Shown here one piece after another: positions 41,741-51,733 of a stretch of DNA of 64,000 bases. How positions within the stretch are numbered: the first letter of the stretch is position 1; each line of letters opens with the position of its first letter. Source of the DNA: Acidobacteriota bacterium (lineage in GTDB: Bacteria; Acidobacteriota; Thermoanaerobaculia; Multivoradales; Multivoraceae); NCBI GenBank assembly GCA_026707325.1, contig JAPOXA010000139.1:3570-67569 (forward strand), read 5' to 3'. Under the pieces are notes generated by a model. It did not search any database. It saw only the letters and a program-made list of their open reading frames with translations, and was not told the origin of the DNA. A program made the position numbers and the translations under genes.

Positions 41741-42828
41741 CCAGTGGCCCGTCGCCCGCAGCGGGCGACGGCGAGCTCGGCGGCGAGCAGCGCCCCGCCG
41801 GCGGCGCCCCGCAGGGTGTTGTGCGAGAGGGCGACGAATCGGTAGCCGAGGATCGGACACTCCCGCAGCCTGCCGATGGAGGTCGTCATGCCTCGGCCGA
41901 GGTCGCGGTGGACGCGGGCCTGCGGTGGTTCGTCGTCGCCGAGGTAGACGGTCGGCTGGGCCGGCGCCGACGGCAAACCCCGTTCCTGCGGCTCGGCGCG
42001 GAAGGTCCGCCAGGCTTCCCGGACGTCCTCCATCGCCGGCTCGCCCTTGAGGTCGACCGAGATGCACAGCGTGTGTCCGTCGACCACGGGAACGCGGTTG
42101 CACTGCGCCGAGACGGCAACCTCGGCCGGCTCGATCGTTCCGCCGGCGGCCCGGCCCAGGATCTTGCCGGTCTCGATCTCGAGTTTCTCCTCTTCGCTGG
42201 AGATCCAGGGGATCACGTTGTCCAGGATCTGGTAGCTCGAGATGCCGGGCAGGCCGGCGCCGGACACCGCCTGCAGCGTCACGACGGAGATCCGTTCGAA
42301 GCCGAAGGCGTCGGCCAGGGGTTTGAGCGCCAGGACCAGGCCGATCGTCGAGCAGTTCGGGTTGGCGACGATGCCGGCGGGGAGTGCCCTGCCGCCCTCA
42401 GGCGGAGACAGCAGGGAGAGGTGGTCCGGGTTCACCTCGGGCACGATCAGCGGAACGTCCGCGTCCATGCGGTGGGCGCTGGCGTTGGTGACGACCAGGT
42501 AGCGGCGGGCGAACCGTGGCTCGACGTCTCTCGCCACGCTGGCGTCCAGGGCCGAGAAGACGATGTCCAGATCGCCGCCGGGCAGTTTGGCATGGTCCGC
42601 CAGTTCGTCGATCGTCCGGACGGGCATGGCCGCGACCGCGTCGTCGATCGGCCGGGTCTGAATCCAGGTCACCGCGTCGCGGTAGAGCTTCCCGGCCGAG
42701 CGCTCGGAAGCGGCCAGCGCGGTCAACTCGAACCAGGGGTGTTCCGCCAGCAGGGTGACGAAGCGCTGGCCCACGGTGCCGGTCGCGCCGAGGACGGCGG
42801 CGCGCAGGGGTTGGTTCCGGGTTGTCAT
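41737..42828 (-). CDS. asd: aspartate-semialdehyde dehydrogenase
   Basis: VLGATGTVGQ Rossmann. Active-site Cys in NPNCSTI. Start ATG overlaps the thrA stop. Confidence 0.9.
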   Translation of the reverse strand: MTTRNQPLRAAVLGATGTVGQRFVTLLAEHPWFELTALAASERSAGKLYRDAVTWIQTRPIDDAVAAMPVRTIDELADHAKLPGGDLDIVFSALDASVARDVEPRFARRYLVVTNASAHRMDADVPLIVPEVNPDHLSLLSPPEGGRALPAGIVANPNCSTIGLVLALKPLADAFGFERISVVTLQAVSGAGLPGISSYQILDNVIPWISSEEEKLEIETGKILGRAAGGTIEPAEVAVSAQCNRVPVVDGHTLCISVDLKGEPAMEDVREAWRTFRAEPQERGLPSAPAQPTVYLGDDEPPQARVHRDLGRGMTTSIGRLRECPILGYRFVALSHNTLRGAAGGALLAAELAVARCGRRATG

Positions 42829-45368
42829 GGCGAGGCTCCCCGCTCGCCCCAGGCGCGCAGGATGTCGCCGAACACGCCGCCGGCGGTGAGTTCGGTCCCG
42901 GCGCCGGGTCCCTGGACGATCAGCGGCCGCGCGTCGTAGCGCTGGCTGCGGAAGACGAACATGTTGTCCGAGGCCGGCATTCCGGCCACCGGGTGGTCGG
43001 GCGGAACGGCTCTGAGCCCGACCCGGGCCGTCGCCGCCTCTCCGCTGGTGTCGAGTTCGGCGAGATAGGCGAGTTCGAGTCCGGCGGACCTGGCCTCGGC
43101 GAAGCGGTCCGCCATCTCCCCGTCCGCGGAGGCGAGGCGCTGCCAGTAGTCCTCGAGCGACAGGTCGGCGAGGTCGGGCCGGTCGAGCATGGGCGCCACG
43201 TCGACGTCCTCCATTTCGAGATCGGCGCCGCAGAGCCGGGCCAGGATGAGCAGCTTGCGGGCCACGTCCAGTCCGCCGAGGTCGTCGCGCGGGTCCGGTT
43301 CCGTGTAGCCCAGCCGGTGGGCCCGCCGCACGGCGTCGCTCCACACCCGCCGGGCGCTCAGCTCGCCGGTGAGATAGGCCAGCGTTCCGGAGAAGACGCC
43401 CGAGACGGACTCGATCGGATCGCCCGCGCCAAGCAGCAGGTCGACCGTGTGGAGCACCGGAAGGCCGGCGCCCACGGTCGCCTCGTGAAAGACGTTAGCC
43501 CCGCCGTCGGCGTGGAACGCGCGGAAGTCCGCGATCGGCCCCGCGAACGGCAGCTTGTTCGCGCTGACCACCGCGGCGCCGGCCGCGAGCGCGCGGTGGT
43601 AGACGGCGCTCATGTCGCCGCTCGCCGTGACGTCGACGAGTACCGTCCGGCCGCCGCCGGCAGCGGTTTCGGCGAGGTGCTCGAGCAGGCGGTCGAGGTT
43701 CGCCTCCTCACCGCCCTGCTCCAGAGCGGTTCGCCAGCCGTCCGGGTCTCCGGCGGCGCCGGGGTCGAGCCGTCGGCCGCCCCGGCGCACCGCGAGTTCC
43801 ATGAAACGCGAACTCGCCAGTCCCCGCAACTGCAGGTCGATGCCCCGCTTTTCGAGCGCGTCCCGCTCGGCGGCGAGCTGCCCGAGCAGCGCCGATCCGA
43901 CGCCGCCGACGCCGAGCACGTAGACCGCAAGCCGTCCGGAGGCGGCGCCACGAAAGAACTCGCGGTGAATCCAGCGCACCGCGCGTCCCTGGTCGGCTTT
44001 GGCGACGACCATCGAGATGTTCCGCTCGGAAGAGCCCTGGGCCACGGCCCGCACGTTGACCGCCCGCCGGCCGAGGATCCCGAACACGCGGCCGGCGATA
44101 CCCGGGCGCTCCCGCATGCCGTCGCCGACCACCGCGACGATCGACTGGTCGCGTTCGACGATCAGGGGCCGGACCGATCCGGACTCGATCTCCGACCGGA
44201 ACTCGGCGTCGACCGCCAGGCGGGCCGCTTCGGAGACTCCGGGCTCCACCGCGAAGCAGATCGAGTGCTCGCTGGAGGCCTGCGAGATCAGGATCGCGCT
44301 GGCTCCGCTCGCCGCCAGGGCATCGAACAGCCGCGCGGCGACTCCCGGGGTGCCGACCAGGTTGTCGCCGACGAGCAGCATCAGGTGAACGTCATCGATC
44401 GAAGAGATGCCGGTGACCGCCGTGCCGCGGGCCCGCTCCCGATCCTTGCCGCCGTCGACCAGGGTTCCGGGGTGCTCGGGGTCGAGGGTGCTGCGAACGA
44501 GCAGGGGAATGGCCTTGCGTCGCGCCGGGGTGACCGTCGGCGGGTAGACCACCCTGGCGCCGAAGTGGGAGAGCTCGAGCATCTCCTCGTAGCTCAGCCG
44601 CGGGATCGGCAGGGCGTCCTCGACGCGCCTCGGGTCGGCCGTCATCACGCCCGGTACATCGGTCCAGATCTCGATCCGCTCGGCGTCGAGCGCGGCGCCG
44701 ACGAGAGAAGCCGTCAGGTCGGAACCGCTGCGGCCCAGGGTCGTCGTCTCGCCTTCCGGCGTGCTGCCGAGGAAGCCGGTGATCACCTGCAACGGGCCGT
44801 CCGCGCCGAGGCCGGCGAAGTGGGCGGCGATCGCCTTCATCGTCGGTTCGAGCGCGACCAGCGCCGCCTGGAACGAACGATCGGCCCGCACCAGCGGGCG
44901 CGCGTCGCGGGCCTCGGCCGGCAGGCCCCTGGCGCGGAGCGCCGCGGCCAGGAGCTGGGTCGACAGGAGCTCGCCGTGGCAGACGATCCGGTCGATCCAG
45001 GCTTCCCGCGGCCGCTCCGCGGTGATGCCCGTCCGTTCGCAGTCGCCGAGTTCCCGGACCAGGCCGTCGCACAGTTCCTCGATGGCCGCCCGGAGAGCCG
45101 GCAGGTCGGCCCCGGTTGCGACCTCGGCCGCGATCTTCAGGTGGTGCTCGCGAAGCGCGGCGGCCTCGCGCGCCGCCTCAGCGCCTCCGTTGCCCTCGAC
45201 AGCGCCCGCCGCCAGCGCCAGCAGGCGGTCCGTCACCCCGCCAAGGGCGGACACCACCACCGCACCGTCCCCCGGACAACCGTCGAGTTGCCGTTCGACG
45301 ATCTGCGCCGCCGCCTGCAGGCGGCTTGCATCGGCCACGGAAGAGCCGCCGAACTTGAGTACCTTCAT
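42825..45368 (-). CDS. thrA: bifunctional aspartokinase / homoserine dehydrogenase
   Basis: KFGGSSV aspartokinase N-terminus, two ACT domains, and a C-terminal homoserine dehydrogenase domain ([12 protein letters not shown]). Confidence 0.9.
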   Translation of the reverse strand: MKVLKFGGSSVADASRLQAAAQIVERQLDGCPGDGAVVVSALGGVTDRLLALAAGAVEGNGGAEAAREAAALREHHLKIAAEVATGADLPALRAAIEELCDGLVRELGDCERTGITAERPREAWIDRIVCHGELLSTQLLAAALRARGLPAEARDARPLVRADRSFQAALVALEPTMKAIAAHFAGLGADGPLQVITGFLGSTPEGETTTLGRSGSDLTASLVGAALDAERIEIWTDVPGVMTADPRRVEDALPIPRLSYEEMLELSHFGARVVYPPTVTPARRKAIPLLVRSTLDPEHPGTLVDGGKDRERARGTAVTGISSIDDVHLMLLVGDNLVGTPGVAARLFDALAASGASAILISQASSEHSICFAVEPGVSEAARLAVDAEFRSEIESGSVRPLIVERDQSIVAVVGDGMRERPGIAGRVFGILGRRAVNVRAVAQGSSERNISMVVAKADQGRAVRWIHREFFRGAASGRLAVYVLGVGGVGSALLGQLAAERDALEKRGIDLQLRGLASSRFMELAVRRGGRRLDPGAAGDPDGWRTALEQGGEEANLDRLLEHLAETAAGGGRTVLVDVTASGDMSAVYHRALAAGAAVVSANKLPFAGPIADFRAFHADGGANVFHEATVGAGLPVLHTVDLLLGAGDPIESVSGVFSGTLAYLTGELSARRVWSDAVRRAHRLGYTEPDPRDDLGGLDVARKLLILARLCGADLEMEDVDVAPMLDRPDLADLSLEDYWQRLASADGEMADRFAEARSAGLELAYLAELDTSGEAATARVGLRAVPPDHPVAGMPASDNMFVFRSQRYDARPLIVQGPGAGTELTAGGVFGDILRAWGERGASP

Positions 45369-45524
45369 GATCGGATGCGTTGGAAGTCACGTCGTCGTCG
45401 CAGGGCGCGAAAGGCGCAATAGCGTACACGCCAACGACGGTCGGCGCCACGGCGGGGCGTGCACCTCCTCGCGCCCCAGGACGGGCTGGAGGTCGTTGCC
45501 GAGAGGCCGCGATAGCATCCGCGC

Positions 45525-46556
45525 ATGGCCGGGACCGGCGGCACCGAAGGTGAAGAGAGCGTTCTCTCACCCGCCCGGGATGCCGACGATCGGCGCGTCG
45601 AACCGTCGCTTCGACCGCAGCGGCTGAGCGAGTACCTGGGCCAGGAGAAGATCGTCGAGCTGCTCGACATCTACATGCAGGCGGCGCGCCGGCGGGGCGA
45701 AGCTCTGGACCACGTGCTGCTGTTCGGGCCCCCCGGGCTGGGCAAGACGACCCTGGCGCACATCATCGCCAGGGAGATGGGCTCGGCGTTGCGGTCCACC
45801 TCCGGTCCAGTACTGGAGCGGGCGGGCGATCTGGCGGCGATTCTGACCAACCTCGAACCCGGAGATGTCCTTTTCATCGACGAGATCCACCGTCTCGGCC
45901 CGACGGTCGAGGAGATCCTCTACCCGGCGCTCGAGGACTTCCAGCTCGATCTGGTGATCGGTGCCGGGCCGATGGCCAAGACGGTGCGCATCGATCTGCC
46001 CCGGTTCACGCTGGTTGGCGCCACGACCCGCGCCGGTCTCATCACGCCGCCGCTGCAGGGGCGCTTCGGCATCGTCCACCGGCTCGACTTCTACGGTCCG
46101 GATGTCCTCAGCGTGATCATCCAGCGCTCGGCCGAGTTGCTCGAGGTGCCTGTCGATCTGGGCGGCGCCGACGAGATCGCCCGGCGCAGCCGCGGCACCC
46201 CCAGGATCGCGAACCGGCTGCTGCGCCGGGTGCGCGACTACGCGCAGATCGAAGCAGACGGACGGATCGACCGCGACACCGCCAACCAGGCTCTCCTTCA
46301 GCAGGAAGTCGACGAACAGGGCCTGGACAAGATCGACCGCAGAATCATGAAACTGCTGATCGAGCAGTACGGAGGCGGCCCCGCCGGCCTGAAGGCGCTT
46401 GCGGCGTCGGTCGGGGAAGACGAGGGCACGATCGAGGACTTCTACGAGCCCTACCTTGTCCAGAGGGGATTCCTCCAGCGCACCCGCCGCGGCCGGGTGG
46501 CGACCAGGCGTGCGTACGAACACCTGAACCTGGAAGTCCGGGGCACCCTGTTCTGA
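45525..46556 (+). CDS. ruvB: Holliday junction branch-migration helicase RuvB
   Basis: [17 protein letters not shown], sensor residues, winged-helix C-terminus. Confidence 0.92.
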   Translation: MAGTGGTEGEESVLSPARDADDRRVEPSLRPQRLSEYLGQEKIVELLDIYMQAARRRGEALDHVLLFGPPGLGKTTLAHIIAREMGSALRSTSGPVLERAGDLAAILTNLEPGDVLFIDEIHRLGPTVEEILYPALEDFQLDLVIGAGPMAKTVRIDLPRFTLVGATTRAGLITPPLQGRFGIVHRLDFYGPDVLSVIIQRSAELLEVPVDLGGADEIARRSRGTPRIANRLLRRVRDYAQIEADGRIDRDTANQALLQQEVDEQGLDKIDRRIMKLLIEQYGGGPAGLKALAASVGEDEGTIEDFYEPYLVQRGFLQRTRRGRVATRRAYEHLNLEVRGTLF

Positions 46557-46630
46557 AACCGCGCATCAGGCTTGGGCGCGCAGTCGCCGGTCAACAGAGA
46601 GATTCGGTGCACGCGGCGCCTTCGCGGTCG

Positions 46631-47248
46631 TCAGAGGCGTGACAGCTGGCGCAGGCTCCGGCGCAGGAGTTCCTGGAAGTCCATCTCGGGATCTTCCGCG
46701 AGCACCCGTGAGACGGCCCGCTGCGCTTCGGACGCACGGTAGCCGAGGTTGACCAGGGCGCTGACGGCCTGTTCCTGCTCGTCCTCGCGGCCGGTTTCGG
46801 GCTCGGCCGCCGGCGGTTCGGCGCCGGCCTCGGCGAGCAGCGTCTTCGCCTTTTCCCTGAGTTCCAGGACCATCCGCTCGGCGGTCTTGCGGCCGATGCC
46901 CGGGATCCGGGTCAGCGCCGCCACGTTGCCGCCGCCGATGGCGTTCAGCAGGTCCCTGGTGGAACCGCCCGACAGGACGACCTGGGCGAGCCGGGGACCG
47001 ACTCCGCTGACCGCGAGACAGTGCTCGAACAGGGTCCGTTCGGCTTCGGTCCAGAAGCCGAAGAGCTCGATCGCGTCGGCGCGAACGTGGGTATGGATGA
47101 ACAGGCCGATGTCGGCCGCCGGGTCGAGCTTCTCCAACTCGAAGTAGGTCGACATGGGGATCCGCACGGCGTAGCCGACGCCGTTGGTGTCGAGCACCAG
47201 GCGTTCGGGCTCGAGGGTCAGGCGGCGCCCGCGCAGATAGCCGATCAA
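46631..47248 (-). CDS. ruvA: Holliday junction DNA-binding protein RuvA
   Basis: MIGYLRG...VGYAV OB fold, two HhH motifs (GVGPRLA, IPGIGRKTAE), domain III. Confidence 0.9.
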   Translation of the reverse strand: MIGYLRGRRLTLEPERLVLDTNGVGYAVRIPMSTYFELEKLDPAADIGLFIHTHVRADAIELFGFWTEAERTLFEHCLAVSGVGPRLAQVVLSGGSTRDLLNAIGGGNVAALTRIPGIGRKTAERMVLELREKAKTLLAEAGAEPPAAEPETGREDEQEQAVSALVNLGYRASEAQRAVSRVLAEDPEMDFQELLRRSLRQLSRL

Positions 47249-47273
47249 GCCGCCAGGGAGCGCCGCGCCGCGG

Positions 47274-49229
47274 TCAGGTGCCGGCTGTCTCGGCCTCGCC
47301 CAGGCCGAAGTTCTCGATGAAGTCCTGGGTGTAGTGGACGCCGACCTCGTCGCGGAGCCGCTGCAGCAGGGACTGGAGCATCGTCAGGTTCCGCTCGGCC
47401 AGAAGCTCGTTGCGTGTCGCCTCGGAGTCGAACAGCAGGGGATCGAAGGACTCGCGCTCGGTCACCTCGAACAGGACGGCGCCGAACGGAGTGTCCACGG
47501 GACCGCCGAACTGGTCCGCGGAGAGCGCGAACGCGGCGCGGGACAACTCGGGCAGTGCGCCCAGAGCGCCGATCGGCTGGCGCAGGCCGAAGCTGCCGCT
47601 CTCCTCGATCACGGCGTCGAACTCCTCGGCCGCGTCGTCCATGCTGAGCCCGCCCTCGACGCGCTCCCGTGTCTCGGTGAGCGCCGCCGCCAGGAGCTCG
47701 GTCTCCTTCTGCCGGCGAACGACCTCGCGAACGTCGACCTCGACTTCCGCGAACTCCGAGTCCCGGGGCGGTAGCACCTCGAGCACGGACAGGAGAGCCC
47801 AGCCCGCCGCGATGCGGACGGGCTCGGACCACGCGCCGGTCTCGAGATCGAACGCCGCGGAACTGAAGTTGAAGTTGCGGCCGATTCCGGCCACGGGGTC
47901 GTCCTCGCCGAACGGCTCGGTGCTGGCGTAGACGAGCGAGTCGGCGGCGGCCAGTTCCCGGGCCCCTTCCTCTCCGGCGAAGGTCTCGTCCGCCAGCCGC
48001 TCGTGCAGGGAGTCGATCCGGCTCTTCGCCTCCTCTTCGGCCCGGGTGGCCAGGAGCTGGACCCGGATCAGGTTGCTGACTTCCTCGAAGGTCTGGCGTC
48101 CGCCTTCGCGGCGCTCGTGGACCTGGATCAGGTGATGGCCGGTGCGCGGTCCGAGCTGGTTCTCGACCGGCCCGACCAGGTCGCCGCCCGCGGCGCCGAA
48201 CGCGGCCTCCTCGAAGGCCGGCGTCATCGCGCCGCGGCCGAAGTAGCCGAGATCGCCGCCGGCCTCCTTCGTCGCCTCGTCGTCCGAGTACTCGCGGGCC
48301 AGCTCGGCGAAGTCCTCTCCCGCCTCGATGCGGCCGCGCAGCCGGTTCAGGAGGCTACGCGCCTGCTCCGCGTTCCGTTCGCTGTTCTCGAGCAGGAGGA
48401 TGTGGCTGGCCCGAACTTGCTCCGGGATCTCGAACTGGGCCGAATTGTCCTCGTAGTACGCCTGGACATCGTCGTCGGTCACCTCGAGTTCGGCCCGGAC
48501 CGTGTTCGTGCTGACCAGGAGATAGCCCACCCGCCGGCGCTCGGGGAGCCTGAAGTCCTCTCGGTGCTCCTCGTACCAGGCCGCGGCCTCGTCGCTCGAA
48601 GGTTCGGCCTCGGCGGCGAAGCGGCTCGCGGGCACCTGGAAGTAGCGGATCGCCGCGCGCTCGGCGGCCTCGCGAGCGCGCAACTCGACCTCCGCGTCGG
48701 AGACGTGGGCGACCTCGGTCAGCGCCGCCTGTAGCTTGCGCACGAGCAGGGAGGTGCGCAGGTCGGCCTCGAAATCGTCCACCGAGAGCCGGTTCGCGCG
48801 CAGGAGATCCTGGTACTGCCGCGCGCCGATGAAGTTGCCGGCCCCGTCGGTCAGGCCGGGCACGGCGAGGATCTCGTCCTGCAGTTCCTCGTCGCTGACG
48901 GTCAGGCCCATCCGTTCCGCCTCCATGATGAGAAGGCGGTCGTTGATCAGGGCTTCGAGCGCCTGAACCGGCAACTGGAGCTGGTCCGCGAGATCCGCGT
49001 TGAATGCGTCACCGTAGATCTCCCGGTAGCGGCTCTCGGCGTTCCGGTAGCTGCGTTCGAACTCGGCGAAGGTGATGCTGTCGCCGCCCACGGTGGCCGC
49101 GTCCGGGTTCATCCGCGTGCCTTCGAGCGAACCGAATTCGGTGAAGACGATGAGCACGAACACCAGGGCGAGGCCGATGGCCAGCGGATAACCGAAGCTC
49201 TTGATGTTCGTGCGAAGGACGTTCAGCAT
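47274..49229 (-). CDS. ppiD: periplasmic chaperone PpiD / SurA-like parvulin-domain protein with N-terminal membrane anchor
   Basis: 651 aa. N-terminal TM, long helical chaperone region, parvulin PPIase segment ASHILL...GDLGYFGRGAMTPAFE. Confidence 0.75.
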   Translation of the reverse strand: MLNVLRTNIKSFGYPLAIGLALVFVLIVFTEFGSLEGTRMNPDAATVGGDSITFAEFERSYRNAESRYREIYGDAFNADLADQLQLPVQALEALINDRLLIMEAERMGLTVSDEELQDEILAVPGLTDGAGNFIGARQYQDLLRANRLSVDDFEADLRTSLLVRKLQAALTEVAHVSDAEVELRAREAAERAAIRYFQVPASRFAAEAEPSSDEAAAWYEEHREDFRLPERRRVGYLLVSTNTVRAELEVTDDDVQAYYEDNSAQFEIPEQVRASHILLLENSERNAEQARSLLNRLRGRIEAGEDFAELAREYSDDEATKEAGGDLGYFGRGAMTPAFEEAAFGAAGGDLVGPVENQLGPRTGHHLIQVHERREGGRQTFEEVSNLIRVQLLATRAEEEAKSRIDSLHERLADETFAGEEGARELAAADSLVYASTEPFGEDDPVAGIGRNFNFSSAAFDLETGAWSEPVRIAAGWALLSVLEVLPPRDSEFAEVEVDVREVVRRQKETELLAAALTETRERVEGGLSMDDAAEEFDAVIEESGSFGLRQPIGALGALPELSRAAFALSADQFGGPVDTPFGAVLFEVTERESFDPLLFDSEATRNELLAERNLTMLQSLLQRLRDEVGVHYTQDFIENFGLGEAETAGT

Positions 49230-49348
49230 GATCTGGACCCCGGCGGCCGGCAGGGCGCGGAAGGCCCTCCGGATCGAAAAGTACCGTCATGGTAACAGGA
49301 TCGGGCGGTCATCCGGCGGTTATGATCGCGGCGCGAGGTTCATCCCGA

Positions 49349-50365
49349 ATGCGTTTTCTGCAGTGGTTCTCCAGCGACCTGGCCATCGACCTGGGGACGG
49401 CCAACACACTCGTCTTCACTCGGGCGAACGGCATCGTCGTCCGCGAGCCGTCGGTGGTCGTCGTCAACAGCCAGAGCAACCGCATCGAGGCGGTCGGCAC
49501 CGAGGCCAAGCAGATGCTCGGACGCACGCCGGGCATCCTGTTCCTGGTGCGGCCGATGAAGGACGGCGTGATCGCCGACTTCGAGATGACCGAGCACATG
49601 CTCAAGCACTTCATCCGCAAGGCCCACCACGGCCGCCGCCTGGCCCGCCCCCGGATCGTGATCGGCGTGCCCTCCGAGATCACGCCGGTGGAGAAACGGG
49701 CGGTGAGGGAGTCGGCGATGAGCGCCGGGGCCTCCGAGGTCTTCCTGGTCGAGCAGGCGATGATGGCGGCCATCGGCGCCGGCCTGCCGATCACGGAGCC
49801 GACGGGAAACATGATCGTCGACATCGGCGGCGGCACCAGCGACGTCGCCGTCATCTCGCTCTCCGGGACGGTCTATAGCCGCTCCCTGCGCGTGGCCGGC
49901 AACGCGATGGACGAGGCGATTGCCCGGCACCTGAAGAGCAAGCACAACCTGCTGGTCGGCGAGCGGACCGCCGAGACGATCAAGGTCGAGATCGGCTCCG
50001 CCTTTCCGCTCGAGGAGCCTCTGTACATGGACATCAAGGGGCGGGATCTCGTTCGCGGGGTGCCTCGCAGCCTCAGGATCTCCGACAGCGAGATCCGGGA
50101 GGCGCTGGAAGAACCGGTTGCACAGATCGTGAAGTCCGTGCTGCAGGCCCTCGAACGGATGCCGCCCGAACTCTCGGCGGACGTGATGGACAAGGGCATC
50201 GTCCTGTCGGGTGGCGGCGCGCTGCTTCATTCGCTGGATCAGCGGCTGCGCGAGGAAACCGGACTGCCGGTCTTCGCCGCGGAGGACCCGCTTGCTTCCG
50301 TCGTCCTTGGCGCCGGCTGGGTGCTGCGGGACATCGATCTGCTGCGCAGGGTTTCGGTTCGCTGA
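49349..50365 (+). CDS. mreB: rod shape-determining protein MreB
   Basis: FSSDLAIDLGTANTLV, DIGGGTSDVAVIS, GIVLSGGGALL. Confidence 0.92.
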   Translation: MRFLQWFSSDLAIDLGTANTLVFTRANGIVVREPSVVVVNSQSNRIEAVGTEAKQMLGRTPGILFLVRPMKDGVIADFEMTEHMLKHFIRKAHHGRRLARPRIVIGVPSEITPVEKRAVRESAMSAGASEVFLVEQAMMAAIGAGLPITEPTGNMIVDIGGGTSDVAVISLSGTVYSRSLRVAGNAMDEAIARHLKSKHNLLVGERTAETIKVEIGSAFPLEEPLYMDIKGRDLVRGVPRSLRISDSEIREALEEPVAQIVKSVLQALERMPPELSADVMDKGIVLSGGGALLHSLDQRLREETGLPVFAAEDPLASVVLGAGWVLRDIDLLRRVSVR

Positions 50366-50381
50366 GGGAGCGTTCACCGAG

Positions 50382-51221
50382 ATGAGCGAGCGTCGGGTCG
50401 CCGTCCTGTTCGCCGTTGCGGTGATCCTTCTCCTCGCGTCGCTGACCGCTCAGTCGCCGGAGCGCGCGAGCGACGTCGCGATGTGGGTGGAGGCGCCGGC
50501 GAAAGGGCTGGTCGCTGGTCTCGCCGATGTCGCGGACAGGGTGCGGGAGGGGTGGCGGACGCGGACTCGGCTGGAACGCGAGAACGAGGAACTGCGAAAC
50601 CGGCTGCGTGAGCTCGAGGCGGCCCATGCGGCGGCCCTCAGCGCGGAGCTGGAGGTCGACCTGCTTTCGGCGCCGTTCGGCTACGCGCGTCCGCCGGATG
50701 TCGAGTTGCTGCTGGCGGACGTCGTCTACGTCGACTACCACTCGTGGCGGCGCAACGCCATCCTGCGGCTGCCTCGCGGAAACGCGGGGGCGGAGTGGGC
50801 GCGGCGGCCCGTGACCACGGTAGACGGCTTGCTGGGGCGCGTCGTCTCCGCCGGGGGCGACTATGCGCGCGTGTTGCTGGTCACGGATCGTGACTCGTCG
50901 GTGGGCGCGATGATCGAGCGCACGCGCCGTCAGGGCATCGTCCGGGGAACGAAGGAAGCGGGCGTACTCTCGCTCGCGTACGTGCCGGTGCAGGTCGATG
51001 TCCGGCCGGGAGACCGCGTGGTCACGGCCGGCATCGACGGCGTCTTCCCGCGCGGGATCCCGATCGGCACGGTCACCTCCGTCGAGTCCGGCGGCGATCA
51101 GTTCCACGAGATCAAGGTCGCCCCGCGCGTGGATCTCGGTTCGCTCAGTCATGCCTTCGTGTGGCGTCGCGACCCGGTGCCCGAGGCGGTCATGGACGGC
51201 GCGGATGCCGTGGGCCGATAG
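50382..51221 (+). CDS. mreC: rod shape-determining protein MreC
   Basis: N-terminal TM, coiled coil (LERENEELRNRLRELE), beta-domain with GDRVVTAG...FPRGIPIG. Confidence 0.85.
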   Translation: MSERRVAVLFAVAVILLLASLTAQSPERASDVAMWVEAPAKGLVAGLADVADRVREGWRTRTRLERENEELRNRLRELEAAHAAALSAELEVDLLSAPFGYARPPDVELLLADVVYVDYHSWRRNAILRLPRGNAGAEWARRPVTTVDGLLGRVVSAGGDYARVLLVTDRDSSVGAMIERTRRQGIVRGTKEAGVLSLAYVPVQVDVRPGDRVVTAGIDGVFPRGIPIGTVTSVESGGDQFHEIKVAPRVDLGSLSHAFVWRRDPVPEAVMDGADAVGR

Positions 51222-51717
51222 GTTCGCCGCCAGTCTGGCCCTGGTGTCGCTGGTCGAGCTGCTGCTGGCCGAAGTCCTGCCGGCGGCCGGAAGGACGATC
51301 GACCTGTTCGTGCTTCTGGTCGTCCTCAGCAGCCTGGCCGGCAACTCGCTCCAGGGCGTCGCGGGCGGCCTGGTTGCGGGCCTGGTTCAGGACACGCTGA
51401 GCACCTCGCCGTTCGGCCTGCACGGCCTCGCCTGTTGCGTCGTGGGCTACGGAGTCGCCCGCCTGTCGCAGCGCGTGGACACGGGCCAGAGGACGGTGGC
51501 GCTGCTCCTGGTGGCGGTGGGTACGCTGGTTCATCAGGCGATCGTTCTCGGCCTGCTCAGGGTTCTGGAAGTCGGCGGGTTGGGCGGCGCCGTCGTTCCG
51601 CTGCGCGTGGCCGCGACGACCGCCGTCGGCCTGGCGAGCCTGTGGCTGTTCAACCGGGCCCAGGCCTGGGTCGATGAACGGCGTACCCTGAAGCAGGGGA
51701 GGGCGCGTCCGCGATGA
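51205..51717 (+). CDS. mreD: rod shape-determining protein MreD
   Basis: About 170 aa polytopic membrane protein immediately after, and overlapping, mreC. Confidence 0.68.
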   Translation: MPWADRFAASLALVSLVELLLAEVLPAAGRTIDLFVLLVVLSSLAGNSLQGVAGGLVAGLVQDTLSTSPFGLHGLACCVVGYGVARLSQRVDTGQRTVALLLVAVGTLVHQAIVLGLLRVLEVGGLGGAVVPLRVAATTAVGLASLWLFNRAQAWVDERRTLKQGRARPR

Positions 51718-51733
51718 CCGCGAAGGGCACACG

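Noticed and set aside
42822-45422. 866-aa plus-strand ORF antisense to thrA
   Set aside because: High-GC antisense artefact. thrA has full aspartokinase plus homoserine-dehydrogenase architecture.
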